64,000 nt of DNA, from the NCBI GenBank assembly GCA_026004435.1, contig BPJD01000004.1, positions 5,940-69,939 on the forward strand, given 5' to 3'. Below the pieces are notes generated by a model. The model was not told the DNA's origin, did no database searches, and saw nothing but the letters and a program-made list of their open reading frames with translations. Shown one piece after another: positions 1 through 7,854 of this stretch. Made by a program: the position numbers and the translations under genes. Positions within the stretch are counted from its first letter, which is position 1. The number at the start of each line of letters is the position of its first letter. The DNA is from Patescibacteria group bacterium. Lineage in GTDB: Bacteria > Patescibacteriota > Microgenomatia > UBA1406 > GWC2-37-13.

Positions 1-1359
1 AAAATAAATAACTTTGTTTTTGATAGGGGGCCTTCTTGGTATATGATGCCTGAAGTTTTTGAAAATTTTTTTAAATTGTTTGGAAAAAAAAGAAAAGATT
101 TTTATGATTTAGAAAAACTAAAAATAAATTATCGAGTGTTTTTTGAAGATAATACAATAATAGATGTTTTTAGCGATTTAAAAAAAAATATAAAAATCTT
201 TGATAGTTTGGAAAAAGGCTCTGGCAAAAAGCTTTTGAAGATTCTTCAGAAAGCAGAGTTTATATATAAATCTTCAATGGAAAGTTTAGTTTACCAAGAC
301 TATAAAGATTTGCTAAAGCTTGTTAAACCAAAAATTTTATTTAATTTGCTTAAGTTTAATCTTTTTCAATCACTTCATAGTTATATTAAAAAAGAGATTA
401 AAAACGAAAAACTGCAAAAAATACTTGAATATACGACCGTTTTTTTAGGTGGTTCTCCTTACAACACTCCTGCTTTTTATCAGTTAGTAAGTTATGCCGA
501 TTTTAAACTTGGAATTTATTATCCAAAAGGAGGTATGTATAGCATAGTTAAAGCTTTAGAAAAACTTTGCAAAGATTATGGTGTTATTATTAAAACAAAT
601 GCAGAAGTTAAAAAAGTAAAGATTTTAAATAAAGAAATTAAAGAAGTTCATACAAATAAAAGCATATACAAAACAAATTTAGTTATAGTGAATGCCGACT
701 ATCCTTATTTTGAAACAAAAATTATTCCACCGGAATATCAAACATATAATAAAGAATATTGGCAAAAAAAGGTTTTTTCTCCATCTGTTTTTTTGATTTA
801 TTTAGGAATAAAAGATGCTTTATTAAAGAGTCAACATCATAATCTCTATTTTACTAAAAATTGGGAGAAGCATTTTAAAACTGTCTATTATGAAAAAAAA
901 TTACCTGAGGAACCATCTTTCTATTGGCATGTACCTTCAAAAACTGATAAAAATATGGCTCCTAAAGACGCTCATAGTGTTATGATTCTTGTACCAATGG
1001 CACCAGGTTTGTTTCTTACAAAAAAAGATGAAGAAAGCTTTTACCAAAAAATAATTGAAAAGTTTTCCCAGCTAAATGAAATAAAAAACATTCAAGATAA
1101 AATCATTGTTAAAAAAATTTCTCAAGCAAAAAATTTTTTATCTGATTACAATGCTACAAAAGGGTCTGCCTTCGGAATTGCTCATACTCTTTTTCAAACG
1201 GCAATATTTAGACCAAAAAATTTTTCCAAGAAAATAAGAAACCTTTTTTATGTTGGTCAATATACAAATCCGGGTGTTGGAGTTCCTCCTGTTCTTATTT
1301 CAAGTCAGATAGTCTATAATTTAGCCAAAGAATATTTAAGAAAAAATGAAGGTCTATAG
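1..1359 (+). CDS. crtI: phytoene desaturase family FAD-dependent oxidoreductase (CrtI-like); 5' end lies outside the window
   Basis: Frame 1 is open from base 1 (KINNFVFDRGPSWYMMPEVFENFF), so the FAD-binding N-terminus is upstream. CrtI-like blocks are present: FDRGPSWY, YYPKGGMYSIVKAL and the C-terminal VGQYTNPGVGVPPVLISS. The stop overlaps the next gene by 14 nt. Confidence 0.8.
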   Translation, partial: KINNFVFDRGPSWYMMPEVFENFFKLFGKKRKDFYDLEKLKINYRVFFEDNTIIDVFSDLKKNIKIFDSLEKGSGKKLLKILQKAEFIYKSSMESLVYQDYKDLLKLVKPKILFNLLKFNLFQSLHSYIKKEIKNEKLQKILEYTTVFLGGSPYNTPAFYQLVSYADFKLGIYYPKGGMYSIVKALEKLCKDYGVIIKTNAEVKKVKILNKEIKEVHTNKSIYKTNLVIVNADYPYFETKIIPPEYQTYNKEYWQKKVFSPSVFLIYLGIKDALLKSQHHNLYFTKNWEKHFKTVYYEKKLPEEPSFYWHVPSKTDKNMAPKDAHSVMILVPMAPGLFLTKKDEESFYQKIIEKFSQLNEIKNIQDKIIVKKISQAKNFLSDYNATKGSAFGIAHTLFQTAIFRPKNFSKKIRNLFYVGQYTNPGVGVPPVLISSQIVYNLAKEYLRKNEGL

Positions 1360-2188
1360 TCAGGTTATAAAAAAACATAGTAAAACCTTTTATTTTTCTT
1401 CTTTACTTTTTCCCAAAGAAATACGGGAAAAAATTTTTCTTCTTTATGCTTACGTTAGAATAATAGACGATCTTGTTGATGAAACAAATGAAAAAAATAA
1501 GGTGAAGTTTAAGAAATACAAAAATTTAACCTTAAATTTAATTAAAGGAAAAAAAGAAAAATACGCTCCTAAAATTATCAAAGATTTTGTAAAAATGGCA
1601 AAAAAATATGACTTTGATAAAGAAGTAATTGATTATTTAAAAACTCAAGAAGTAGAAGTAACAAAAAAGAGATATAAAAATAAAGAAGAGTTTTTAAAGT
1701 TTTGTTATGGAGTAGCTGGAACAATTGGGGTAATGATTGCTAAGATAATAAATCTTCCAAAAAAAACATTTAAAGATGCTGTTAAGCTTGGAGTAAGTCT
1801 TCAGATAATAAATAATGTAAGAGATATATTTGAGGATTATCAACGTTTTAAAATTTATTTACCGGAAGATTTATTAAAAAAATATAAGATATCACATAAC
1901 AATTTTATTAAAAAAACCAATAGGGAAAGGCTTTATAAAGCAGTTTATGACTTAATAGGAAAAGCAAAAAAATTAAAAGAAGAAGCAAAATCTTCCTTTA
2001 AATTTTTTAAGAAAAGAGAACTTTTAGCAATAAAAACAGCTGTAGATATATATTTTAAGATTGCTGAAAAAATAGAAAAAAACCCAGAGTTTATTTTTAA
2101 TAAAAAAATACTTAAGCCATCTTTAATAGAAATCGTATTACTTATAATCAAAAATTACTTTAATATTTTTATTAGAATAGCTGATTAA
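1346..2188 (+). CDS. crtB: phytoene/squalene synthase family protein (CrtB-like)
   Basis: Two Asp-rich prenyl-diphosphate motifs are present: YAYVRIIDDLVDE and NNVRDIFEDYQRFKIYLP. The gene is translationally coupled to crtI. Confidence 0.8.
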   Translation: MKVYSQVIKKHSKTFYFSSLLFPKEIREKIFLLYAYVRIIDDLVDETNEKNKVKFKKYKNLTLNLIKGKKEKYAPKIIKDFVKMAKKYDFDKEVIDYLKTQEVEVTKKRYKNKEEFLKFCYGVAGTIGVMIAKIINLPKKTFKDAVKLGVSLQIINNVRDIFEDYQRFKIYLPEDLLKKYKISHNNFIKKTNRERLYKAVYDLIGKAKKLKEEAKSSFKFFKKRELLAIKTAVDIYFKIAEKIEKNPEFIFNKKILKPSLIEIVLLIIKNYFNIFIRIAD

Positions 2189-2242
2189 TAGAATAAAAAA
2201 ATAATTAAAAAATTTATTTTAATTTTTTTACTATAGTAAAAA

Positions 2243-2917
2243 ATGAAGTGGGAATATTTTATTTTTAATCTTTTAATTTTGTTTTTCCCCATTTTAAGTT
2301 CATTATTTTATAAAAAGGTAGAATATCCACTTAATTTAAATTTTTATTTAGCTAATATAGTAACTTGTTTAATATTTATAATTCATGATATTAAAGTTAC
2401 AGGAAGTTGGTGGAAATTTAATAAGAAATATATTTTGGGATTTAAGTTAATAAAAATTCCTTTAGAAGAGTTAATGTTTTTTCCAGTTGTAGCATTTTCA
2501 TGCACAACAATTTGGCTTAACTTAAAAAATTTAAAACCTTGGTTTAATTTAATTAACCTAAAGATAATAATTTTTTTTTGGATTTTTATAACAAGTTTTT
2601 TTTTAATAATTTCTTTAAAAACAAAAAAACCCTACTCATTATTTACAATCAGTTTATTTATTTTTTTAATTTCTTTGGATTTTTTTATAAAAACCAATCT
2701 TATTATTAATCCAACATTTTTTATTTTGATTTTGTTAGTAATTCTACTTACTTTTATTTTTAATTTTTATTTAACAAAAAGACCAGTTGTTATTTATAGT
2801 AGAGATAAAAAAAGTAATATAAATATACTAACAATTCCAATAGAAGATTTTCTTTATGGAGTAAACTTTATCTATCTACTTACAATTATTTATGAATCTT
2901 TGAATTTGTTTAGATAA
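2243..2917 (+). CDS. lycopene cyclase domain protein (fused CrtYc/CrtYd-type)
   Basis: Polytopic membrane protein with two copies of the lycopene-cyclase-domain P-x-E-E/D motif (IPLEELMFF and IPIEDFLYG). It lies directly downstream of crtI-crtB. Confidence 0.65.
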   Translation: MKWEYFIFNLLILFFPILSSLFYKKVEYPLNLNFYLANIVTCLIFIIHDIKVTGSWWKFNKKYILGFKLIKIPLEELMFFPVVAFSCTTIWLNLKNLKPWFNLINLKIIIFFWIFITSFFLIISLKTKKPYSLFTISLFIFLISLDFFIKTNLIINPTFFILILLVILLTFIFNFYLTKRPVVIYSRDKKSNINILTIPIEDFLYGVNFIYLLTIIYESLNLFR

Positions 2918-4227
2918 GGTAACATATCAAATTTTTTTTCAAGGCTTTTGCCGCTTAAGTAGCGAATCTTACCAAATATTGGTCTTTCAAACCAAGGTCT
3001 GTCAAATTTGCCAAAACTCCAAGCAATTCCAAGATAACCATTGGGATCTCTTCCGTCAAGCTCATATTTATCGTTTAAATAAATCAGCCATTTAAAGGCC
3101 TTTCTCCAATCACTGGTCCATTCAATTACCTTCTTTGCCCAATACATACGCATATAGTTGTGCATCTTGCCTGTTAAAACCATCTCTTTTTGAGCGGCAT
3201 TCCAATAAGGATCATGAGTTTGGCCTTTTTCTAAGGTGTCCAGATCATAAAGATATTCGCGCCTATCCCTGCTGTGAAGATCCAAAGTTTGAACAGCCCA
3301 CTCTGGCAGACAACGCCAGCTTTTGTAATTTTTTTCATATAAAACAAAAATTCTTGCCAAAATACGCCAAACTAAAAGCTCATTTAGGAAGCTTTTAACA
3401 TTTTCATTTTTTATTGAAAATCTATCTAAAACCAATTTTACAATTTCTATATCCGAGATAAAACCAAAATGAAGATAAGGCGAAAGATTTGATTGATAAT
3501 CTTTTGCTGGATTATTGCGATAATCTTTATAAAAACGAAGCTTTTTTTCTATAAAAGACAGAAGTTTTTTTCTTGCTTGAGATTCTCCGCCAATAAAAAT
3601 TGTAGGTTTTACTTTTTTATCAATTTTTAATGAATTAAATAGGTTATCAATTTCAGAAATACTTTGTTCTAATATTTTTTGCTTATTTTTTATCTCAGGG
3701 ATGTAAAAATCTTTTACAAAAGTAGCTAAAAGATCAAAAACTTTTTTTCTTATCTGAAAAGCATAGGTAACTTTTTTAGAAGAAACAAGTTTTAATGGAA
3801 TTAAAACATCTGATTCTATCTCATAAAAAGCGGTTTGTAAACTTGCGGCAATTTTTTCTCTCCAAAATCGCTGTTTTTTTAAATAACCACAATCACAAAT
3901 AACTAAGCAAGCGTTTTGGGCTTTTTTTAAAACTAAATCAAAGTCGCCTTTTTCGACTAAAAAATTAGCTCCTAAATTTTCCAGATGATTTTTAAACTCA
4001 AGTATTCCCTGCCTTAAAAATTCATATTGTCTTAAGTTTCCTAGCGGAAATTCTTTTAAAACGAAATAGACTAAAATTGGTTTTTTTAGTATATTGGCTT
4101 TTTCTATGGCGAATTTAAGAGCGTAGTTATATTTTAATCTTAGGCTATTTTGTATCCAATAAAGAACATATTTTTGGTTTTTATTAATTGTTTTTTTATT
4201 AAATTTAAAAATTCTTTTTTCTTCCAT
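2890..4227 (-). CDS. phr: deoxyribodipyrimidine photolyase, class II CPD type
   Basis: Class II photolyase blocks are present: NLSPYLHFGFIS, TGKMHNYMRMYWAKKVIEW and GRDPNGYLGIAWSFG. Length is 445 aa. Confidence 0.85.
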   Translation of the reverse strand: MEEKRIFKFNKKTINKNQKYVLYWIQNSLRLKYNYALKFAIEKANILKKPILVYFVLKEFPLGNLRQYEFLRQGILEFKNHLENLGANFLVEKGDFDLVLKKAQNACLVICDCGYLKKQRFWREKIAASLQTAFYEIESDVLIPLKLVSSKKVTYAFQIRKKVFDLLATFVKDFYIPEIKNKQKILEQSISEIDNLFNSLKIDKKVKPTIFIGGESQARKKLLSFIEKKLRFYKDYRNNPAKDYQSNLSPYLHFGFISDIEIVKLVLDRFSIKNENVKSFLNELLVWRILARIFVLYEKNYKSWRCLPEWAVQTLDLHSRDRREYLYDLDTLEKGQTHDPYWNAAQKEMVLTGKMHNYMRMYWAKKVIEWTSDWRKAFKWLIYLNDKYELDGRDPNGYLGIAWSFGKFDRPWFERPIFGKIRYLSGKSLEKKFDMLPYLNKFKDS

Positions 4228-4592
4228 TTAAGTATTTTTTAAAATAAATTATACTTTTTTATGGTCCTTCGTCAAAGTTTGTTGAAAAGCATTAACAAAA
4301 TTAAGACCGATAACATAACTTTATAAATAAATACCTGTCTTTTTTTAAATCCAAAAAAATTCTTTTAATTAACTTCATTTTGTTATGCATTCCCTCCATA
4401 AATTCATTAGTTGATTTGTAATTTTAGCAGTTAAAGATTGATTTTAACTTTACCCGTCCTTTTTTTATCTTATTAAGTAAAGAAAAATCTGTACCACAAC
4501 TTTTAGAACTCTTTAAACAATAATATCAACCAAAATGCCATTTTTGCAACAAAGTATTTTAGAGAACTATTTCCCTATGAAAAAGTTACGAA

Positions 4593-5370
4593 ACATATGG
4601 CACTTTAAGGTATTAAGAAAGAGGGAGAAAAGTAAAAGAAAGTGAAAGGATCAATCGGTGTTCGAATAAGACTCAAGCATGTATGGTATGGTACCCCTTT
4701 GTATAATAAGCGAATTATGAAAGATCTATTATCAACCATAGGTAAGTTGATAAGAAGATAGAATCTTTTCTACTACTGAAAGGGAAGAGTTTATCATAAT
4801 CCTGCAAAAAAATAGACAAGCAGAAAGATTAAATACAAAAACAAGATAAGAAAAAGTCCAAAAATAAAATCAGCAGGATATATAAAGATAGATACCATAA
4901 TAAGATTTGTATATGGAATAAAGCTATATATCATAACTGCTGTTGATATAAACACAAGATTTCAGTTCTGTTTGGCATATACAAGGTTAACAAGCAGGAT
5001 TTCTTTAGAGTTTTTTAAGAAGTTGGAGTTAGTATATCCTTTTAAAGAAGGAATACATACAGTTGAAATAGATAACGGGAGTTAGTTTGAAGGAGAGTTT
5101 GACAGATATCTAAAGAACAAAGGAATAAAACACCTGTACTCATATCCTAAATGTCCAAAGATAAACTCATATGTAAAGAGAGCAAACAGAACTCTTCAAG
5201 AGGAGTTTGTAGATTTAAAAGAAGATAGTATTTTAATCTCTTTAGATGAATTCAATAAAGAGCTATTGATTATCTTATCTGGTATAAGACCAAAAGAGTT
5301 CACAAAAGTTTAGGCAATATATCACCAATAGATTACATACTTAAAAATTACCCTCAAAAGTGCCATATGT
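4593..5370. mobile_element. decayed insertion-sequence remnant bracketed by a 14-bp perfect inverted repeat
   Basis: ACATATGGCACTTT at 4593-4606 is the exact reverse complement of AAAGTGCCATATGT at 5357-5370. The pair encloses the transposase pseudogene. The span is shorter than an intact rve-type IS, so internal deletions are likely. Confidence 0.45.
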
Positions 5371-5414
5371 ATGTAACCTATACAAACACTTGCTTTAAAA
5401 TTAAACTTCTTTAA
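4861..5414 (+). pseudogene. DDE (rve/integrase-core) transposase pseudogene
   Basis: Frame 1 reads KIKSAGYIKIDTIIRFVYGIKLYIITAVDINTRF...VEIDNGS*FEGEFDRYLKNKGIKHLYSYPKCPKINSYVKRANRTLQEEF. There is an in-frame TAG at 5083-5085, where DNGSEF is expected. A frameshift near 5260 leads into AIDYLIWYKTKRVHKSLGNISPIDYILK, the typical rve C-terminal motif. Upstream, the same frame has further stops at 4759, 4777 and 4813. Confidence 0.75.
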
Positions 5415-5449
5415 AAAAAATTAAACTTAACTTATAGTATAATATTAAT

Positions 5450-6043
5450 ATGTTAAAAGAATTTATTCAAAACAATGCAAATTTATCCGTCCCAAAAAAC
5501 ACGGAGGAATATCTTAATAGAATGGTTGAAGTTTTTGATAGTCTTGTAGATTTTCTCAGAAACCCAGATAAATTTCCTGATCCACAAATTAATCAATTAG
5601 TTACTTTACTTTGGAGTTTAATTGGTAATAAAGACATTACTGTTGTATTAGATCAATGGAATTTTCCTAGTGTGAGTTTTGCAGTTTTAGGAAACAATAT
5701 TGAACAACAACCAATATTAATTATACCCAGAGACTTTATTATAAAAGTAGCTGAAGATCCTGTTTTTCAATTAGGAATGATTGTATATATGGCAAGTCAG
5801 GCAAGAGATTTCTATACTGGGAAAATAAAAGAAGGATCAAGCGATATATTAACTAGAAGAGCCAGAGCTTGGGAAGCACAGGCTTTATTAACATTAGAAG
5901 AAATGGCTCAAAAAGAAGGGGTACAACTTACTTTAAACAAATATCAATTAGAAATATTACAAGAAAATCCTAATGGTTTGAGTAGTCTTCCGCCTGAATT
6001 AAATTATTCTACTCCAATTTGGCAACCGCCACGTTTTGGATAA
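5450..6043 (+). CDS. hypothetical protein, no recognisable family (197 aa, no His and no Cys)
   Basis: Clean ORF preceded by TATAAT 6 nt upstream of the ATG. I recognise no motif. Confidence 0.5.
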   Translation: MLKEFIQNNANLSVPKNTEEYLNRMVEVFDSLVDFLRNPDKFPDPQINQLVTLLWSLIGNKDITVVLDQWNFPSVSFAVLGNNIEQQPILIIPRDFIIKVAEDPVFQLGMIVYMASQARDFYTGKIKEGSSDILTRRARAWEAQALLTLEEMAQKEGVQLTLNKYQLEILQENPNGLSSLPPELNYSTPIWQPPRFG

Positions 6044-6049
6044 TACCAC

Positions 6050-6073
6050 TTACCCCACCCTTTGTTCCACTAT
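6050..6073 (+). repeat. C-rich direct repeat, copy 1 (TTACCCCACCCTTTGTTCCACTAT)
   Basis: 22 of 24 positions match copy 2. It starts 7 nt after the stop of ORF 5450-6043 and is followed by a T-run. Confidence 0.8.
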
Positions 6074-6106
6074 TTTTTTATGTTTTTTGTTTATAATTAT
6101 TTCATT

Positions 6107-6301
6107 ATGAATGAAGGAGAAAGTTTTTTGTCTCAATTATTAAAAAAATTAAGCGATGTAAGAAGAATAGAAGAAAAAACCGGTAGATCAATAAAAGCGG
6201 CTCAACAAGAAGTTTTAAGACAAATAGGTCAAACCAGTCCTAAAAGAGGCGGAAATCCTATTACCGGAGAAGGAGTTACTAAATCAGGTAAAGAAGATTA
6301 A
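6107..6301 (+). CDS. small hypothetical protein (64 aa from the ATG at 6107; the ORF track starts at TTG 6062)
   Basis: The ORF is flanked by the two C-rich direct repeats. TATAAT lies 9 nt upstream of ATG 6107. The upstream TTG extension is Phe/Tyr-rich and looks non-coding. Confidence 0.35.
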   Translation: MNEGESFLSQLLKKLSDVRRIEEKTGRSIKAAQQEVLRQIGQTSPKRGGNPITGEGVTKSGKED

Positions 6302-6304
6302 TTT

Positions 6305-6328
6305 TTACCCCACCCCTTATTCCACTAT
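6305..6328 (+). repeat. C-rich direct repeat, copy 2 (TTACCCCACCCCTTATTCCACTAT)
   Basis: 22 of 24 positions match copy 1. It starts 4 nt after the stop of ORF 6107-6301 and is followed by a T-run. Confidence 0.8.
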
Positions 6329-6343
6329 GTTTTTAATATTTTT

Positions 6344-6611
6344 TTAATCTTTACTTAAAGTTTCTTTTAAGATTAATTTTAAGTTTCTTTTTCCTTTTGT
6401 TGTTTTAAAATATTTTTCTCTATTTAAGGCATCAGTTTTATGTTTATAAAACTCGCAATAAACTAATTCAAAAGGCCGTCTAAAAGCGGTGTTGAGAATA
6501 ACCCTTGATGTGATGGGTTAGTCTTTGATGAAGATTTGAAGTAAAACCAATATATAAATTTTTATCCTTTAAGCTTTTTAGAATATAAACGCAGTATTTT
6601 AATTTCTTCAT
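6344..6611 (-). pseudogene. GIY-YIG (UPF0213-type) nuclease family gene with one frameshift
   Basis: The minus strand reads MKKLKYCVYILKSLKDKNLYIGFTSNLHQRLTHHIKGYSQHRF*. Shifted by one base it continues LNTAFRRPFELVYCEFYKHKTDALNREKYFKTTKGKRNLKLILKETLSKD*. The span is 268 nt, which is not a multiple of 3. Both pieces fall below the ORF-track length cutoff. Confidence 0.7.
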
Positions 6612-6717
6612 TATTATTTTGACTCTTTTAATTATAGAGTCATTGATGGCCATTTACTAGAGTTTACTTCGAAAACACAGTAAATGGACCTGTACCGTGC
6701 TTTGCTCTGAAACAGGG

Positions 6718-6802
6718 TCCAGGGGGGAGGATTCGAACCTCCGTAGGGTATAAACCCGCCAGTTTTACAGACTGGTGCAATTGTCCACTCTGCCACCCCT
6801 GG
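6718..6802 (-). tRNA. tRNA-Tyr (anticodon GTA), long variable arm, no encoded CCA
   Basis: The reverse complement folds as a cloverleaf. Acceptor is CCAGGGG/CCCCTGG, the D stem has 3 bp, and the anticodon stem is CCAGT/ACTGG with loop CTGTAAA. The variable arm is GGGT-ttat-ACCC and the T arm is GGAGG-TTCGAAT-CCTCC. Confidence 0.9.
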
Positions 6803-6858
6803 TTGATTGCAAATATTTAGATTGATTTGTTGATTAAAACATTATATCATAAAATATT

Positions 6859-7854
6859 ATGAAGATTGTTTTTTTTGATATCCAAAAATGGGAAAGAGCC
6901 AAAATCTCAAAGGCATTTCCATCGGCCATTTTAGAAAAAGCTCCTTTTGATGAAACAACAGCAGAAAAATACAGATCTGCTGAGATTATATCTGGATTTA
7001 TTTATTCAAAATTCAACCAAGAAAACCTAAGCAGACTCAACAAACTAAGTTATATAGCAACAAGATCAACAGGGTTTGATCACATTGACCTGAACTACTG
7101 TAAAAGCAAAAACATCTTAGTCTCCAATGTCCCTTCTTACGGAAGCAAAACAGTAGCAGAGTTTGCCTTTGCTTTAATTCTTGAGATAACTAAAAAATTA
7201 AACGATTCAGTCCAGATGGCAAAACTGCAAAAACCTTTAAACAGAGCGCAGATTAGAGGAATAGAGCTTTACAATAAAACAATAGGATTATTGGGTTTTG
7301 GCAAAATAGGAAAAGAAACAGCTAAAATCGCCAATGGTTTTGGTATGCAGATCTTAGTTTACAACAGAAGCAGATACCCTGAGTATGAAAAAAAGTACAA
7401 CCTGAAATTTGTTGATCTTAAAACAGTCCTAAGAAAATCAGATATTATTAGTCTTCACTTGCCTTTAACAGACGAAACATACCATATCTTAAACAAAGAC
7501 ACATTAAAGCTATGCAAAAAAGGAGCAATTATAATAAACACAGCCAGAGGTGGTCTTATAGATCAATCAGCTCTGCTTTGCGCTATAGAAGATAACCACA
7601 TTGCAATGGCAGGACTTGATGTGCTTGAAGAAGAAGATGATCTTCAAGAAGAGATTGAAATATTAACAGGAAAGATTAACAGCAAACTCAATTATAAAGA
7701 ACTGCTTATAAATCATATTCTTATCAACCATCCCAGAATTATAACAACCCCACATAATGCTTTTAATACAAGAGAAGCTCTTGACAGAATCACAATGACA
7801 ACAATTTTAAACATTAATAATTTTCTTAAGAAAACACCTATTAATCTAGTATGA
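6859..7854 (+). CDS. D-isomer-specific 2-hydroxyacid dehydrogenase family protein
   Basis: NAD-binding motif GLLGFGKIGKETA is present, along with INTARGGLID and a C-terminal catalytic His region (TPHNAFNT). Confidence 0.8.
   Translation: MKIVFFDIQKWERAKISKAFPSAILEKAPFDETTAEKYRSAEIISGFIYSKFNQENLSRLNKLSYIATRSTGFDHIDLNYCKSKNILVSNVPSYGSKTVAEFAFALILEITKKLNDSVQMAKLQKPLNRAQIRGIELYNKTIGLLGFGKIGKETAKIANGFGMQILVYNRSRYPEYEKKYNLKFVDLKTVLRKSDIISLHLPLTDETYHILNKDTLKLCKKGAIIINTARGGLIDQSALLCAIEDNHIAMAGLDVLEEEDDLQEEIEILTGKINSKLNYKELLINHILINHPRIITTPHNAFNTREALDRITMTTILNINNFLKKTPINLV

Noticed and set aside
1945-3398. Antisense ORFs inside crtB (1945-2151) and inside the photolyase gene (3135-3398).
   Set aside because: They are embedded in genes with clear family motifs, and AT-rich antisense frames commonly stay open by chance.
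4260-4592. Small ORFs in the gap left of the IS remnant: minus strand MEGMHNKMKLIKRIFLDLKKDRYLFIKLCYRS and plus strand MPFLQQSILENYFPMKKLRNIWHFKVLRKREKSKRK.
   Set aside because: Both are under 40 aa and have no motif. They are most likely decayed sequence belonging to the mobile-element scar.
6640-6720. Possible SRP/4.5S-like or other known ncRNA, because of CAGGTCC and stacked hairpins.
   Set aside because: Only a 7-nt match to the SRP helix-8 region is present, and the conserved GGAAGGAAGCAGC motif is absent. It is kept only as an unexplained hairpin cluster in the findings.
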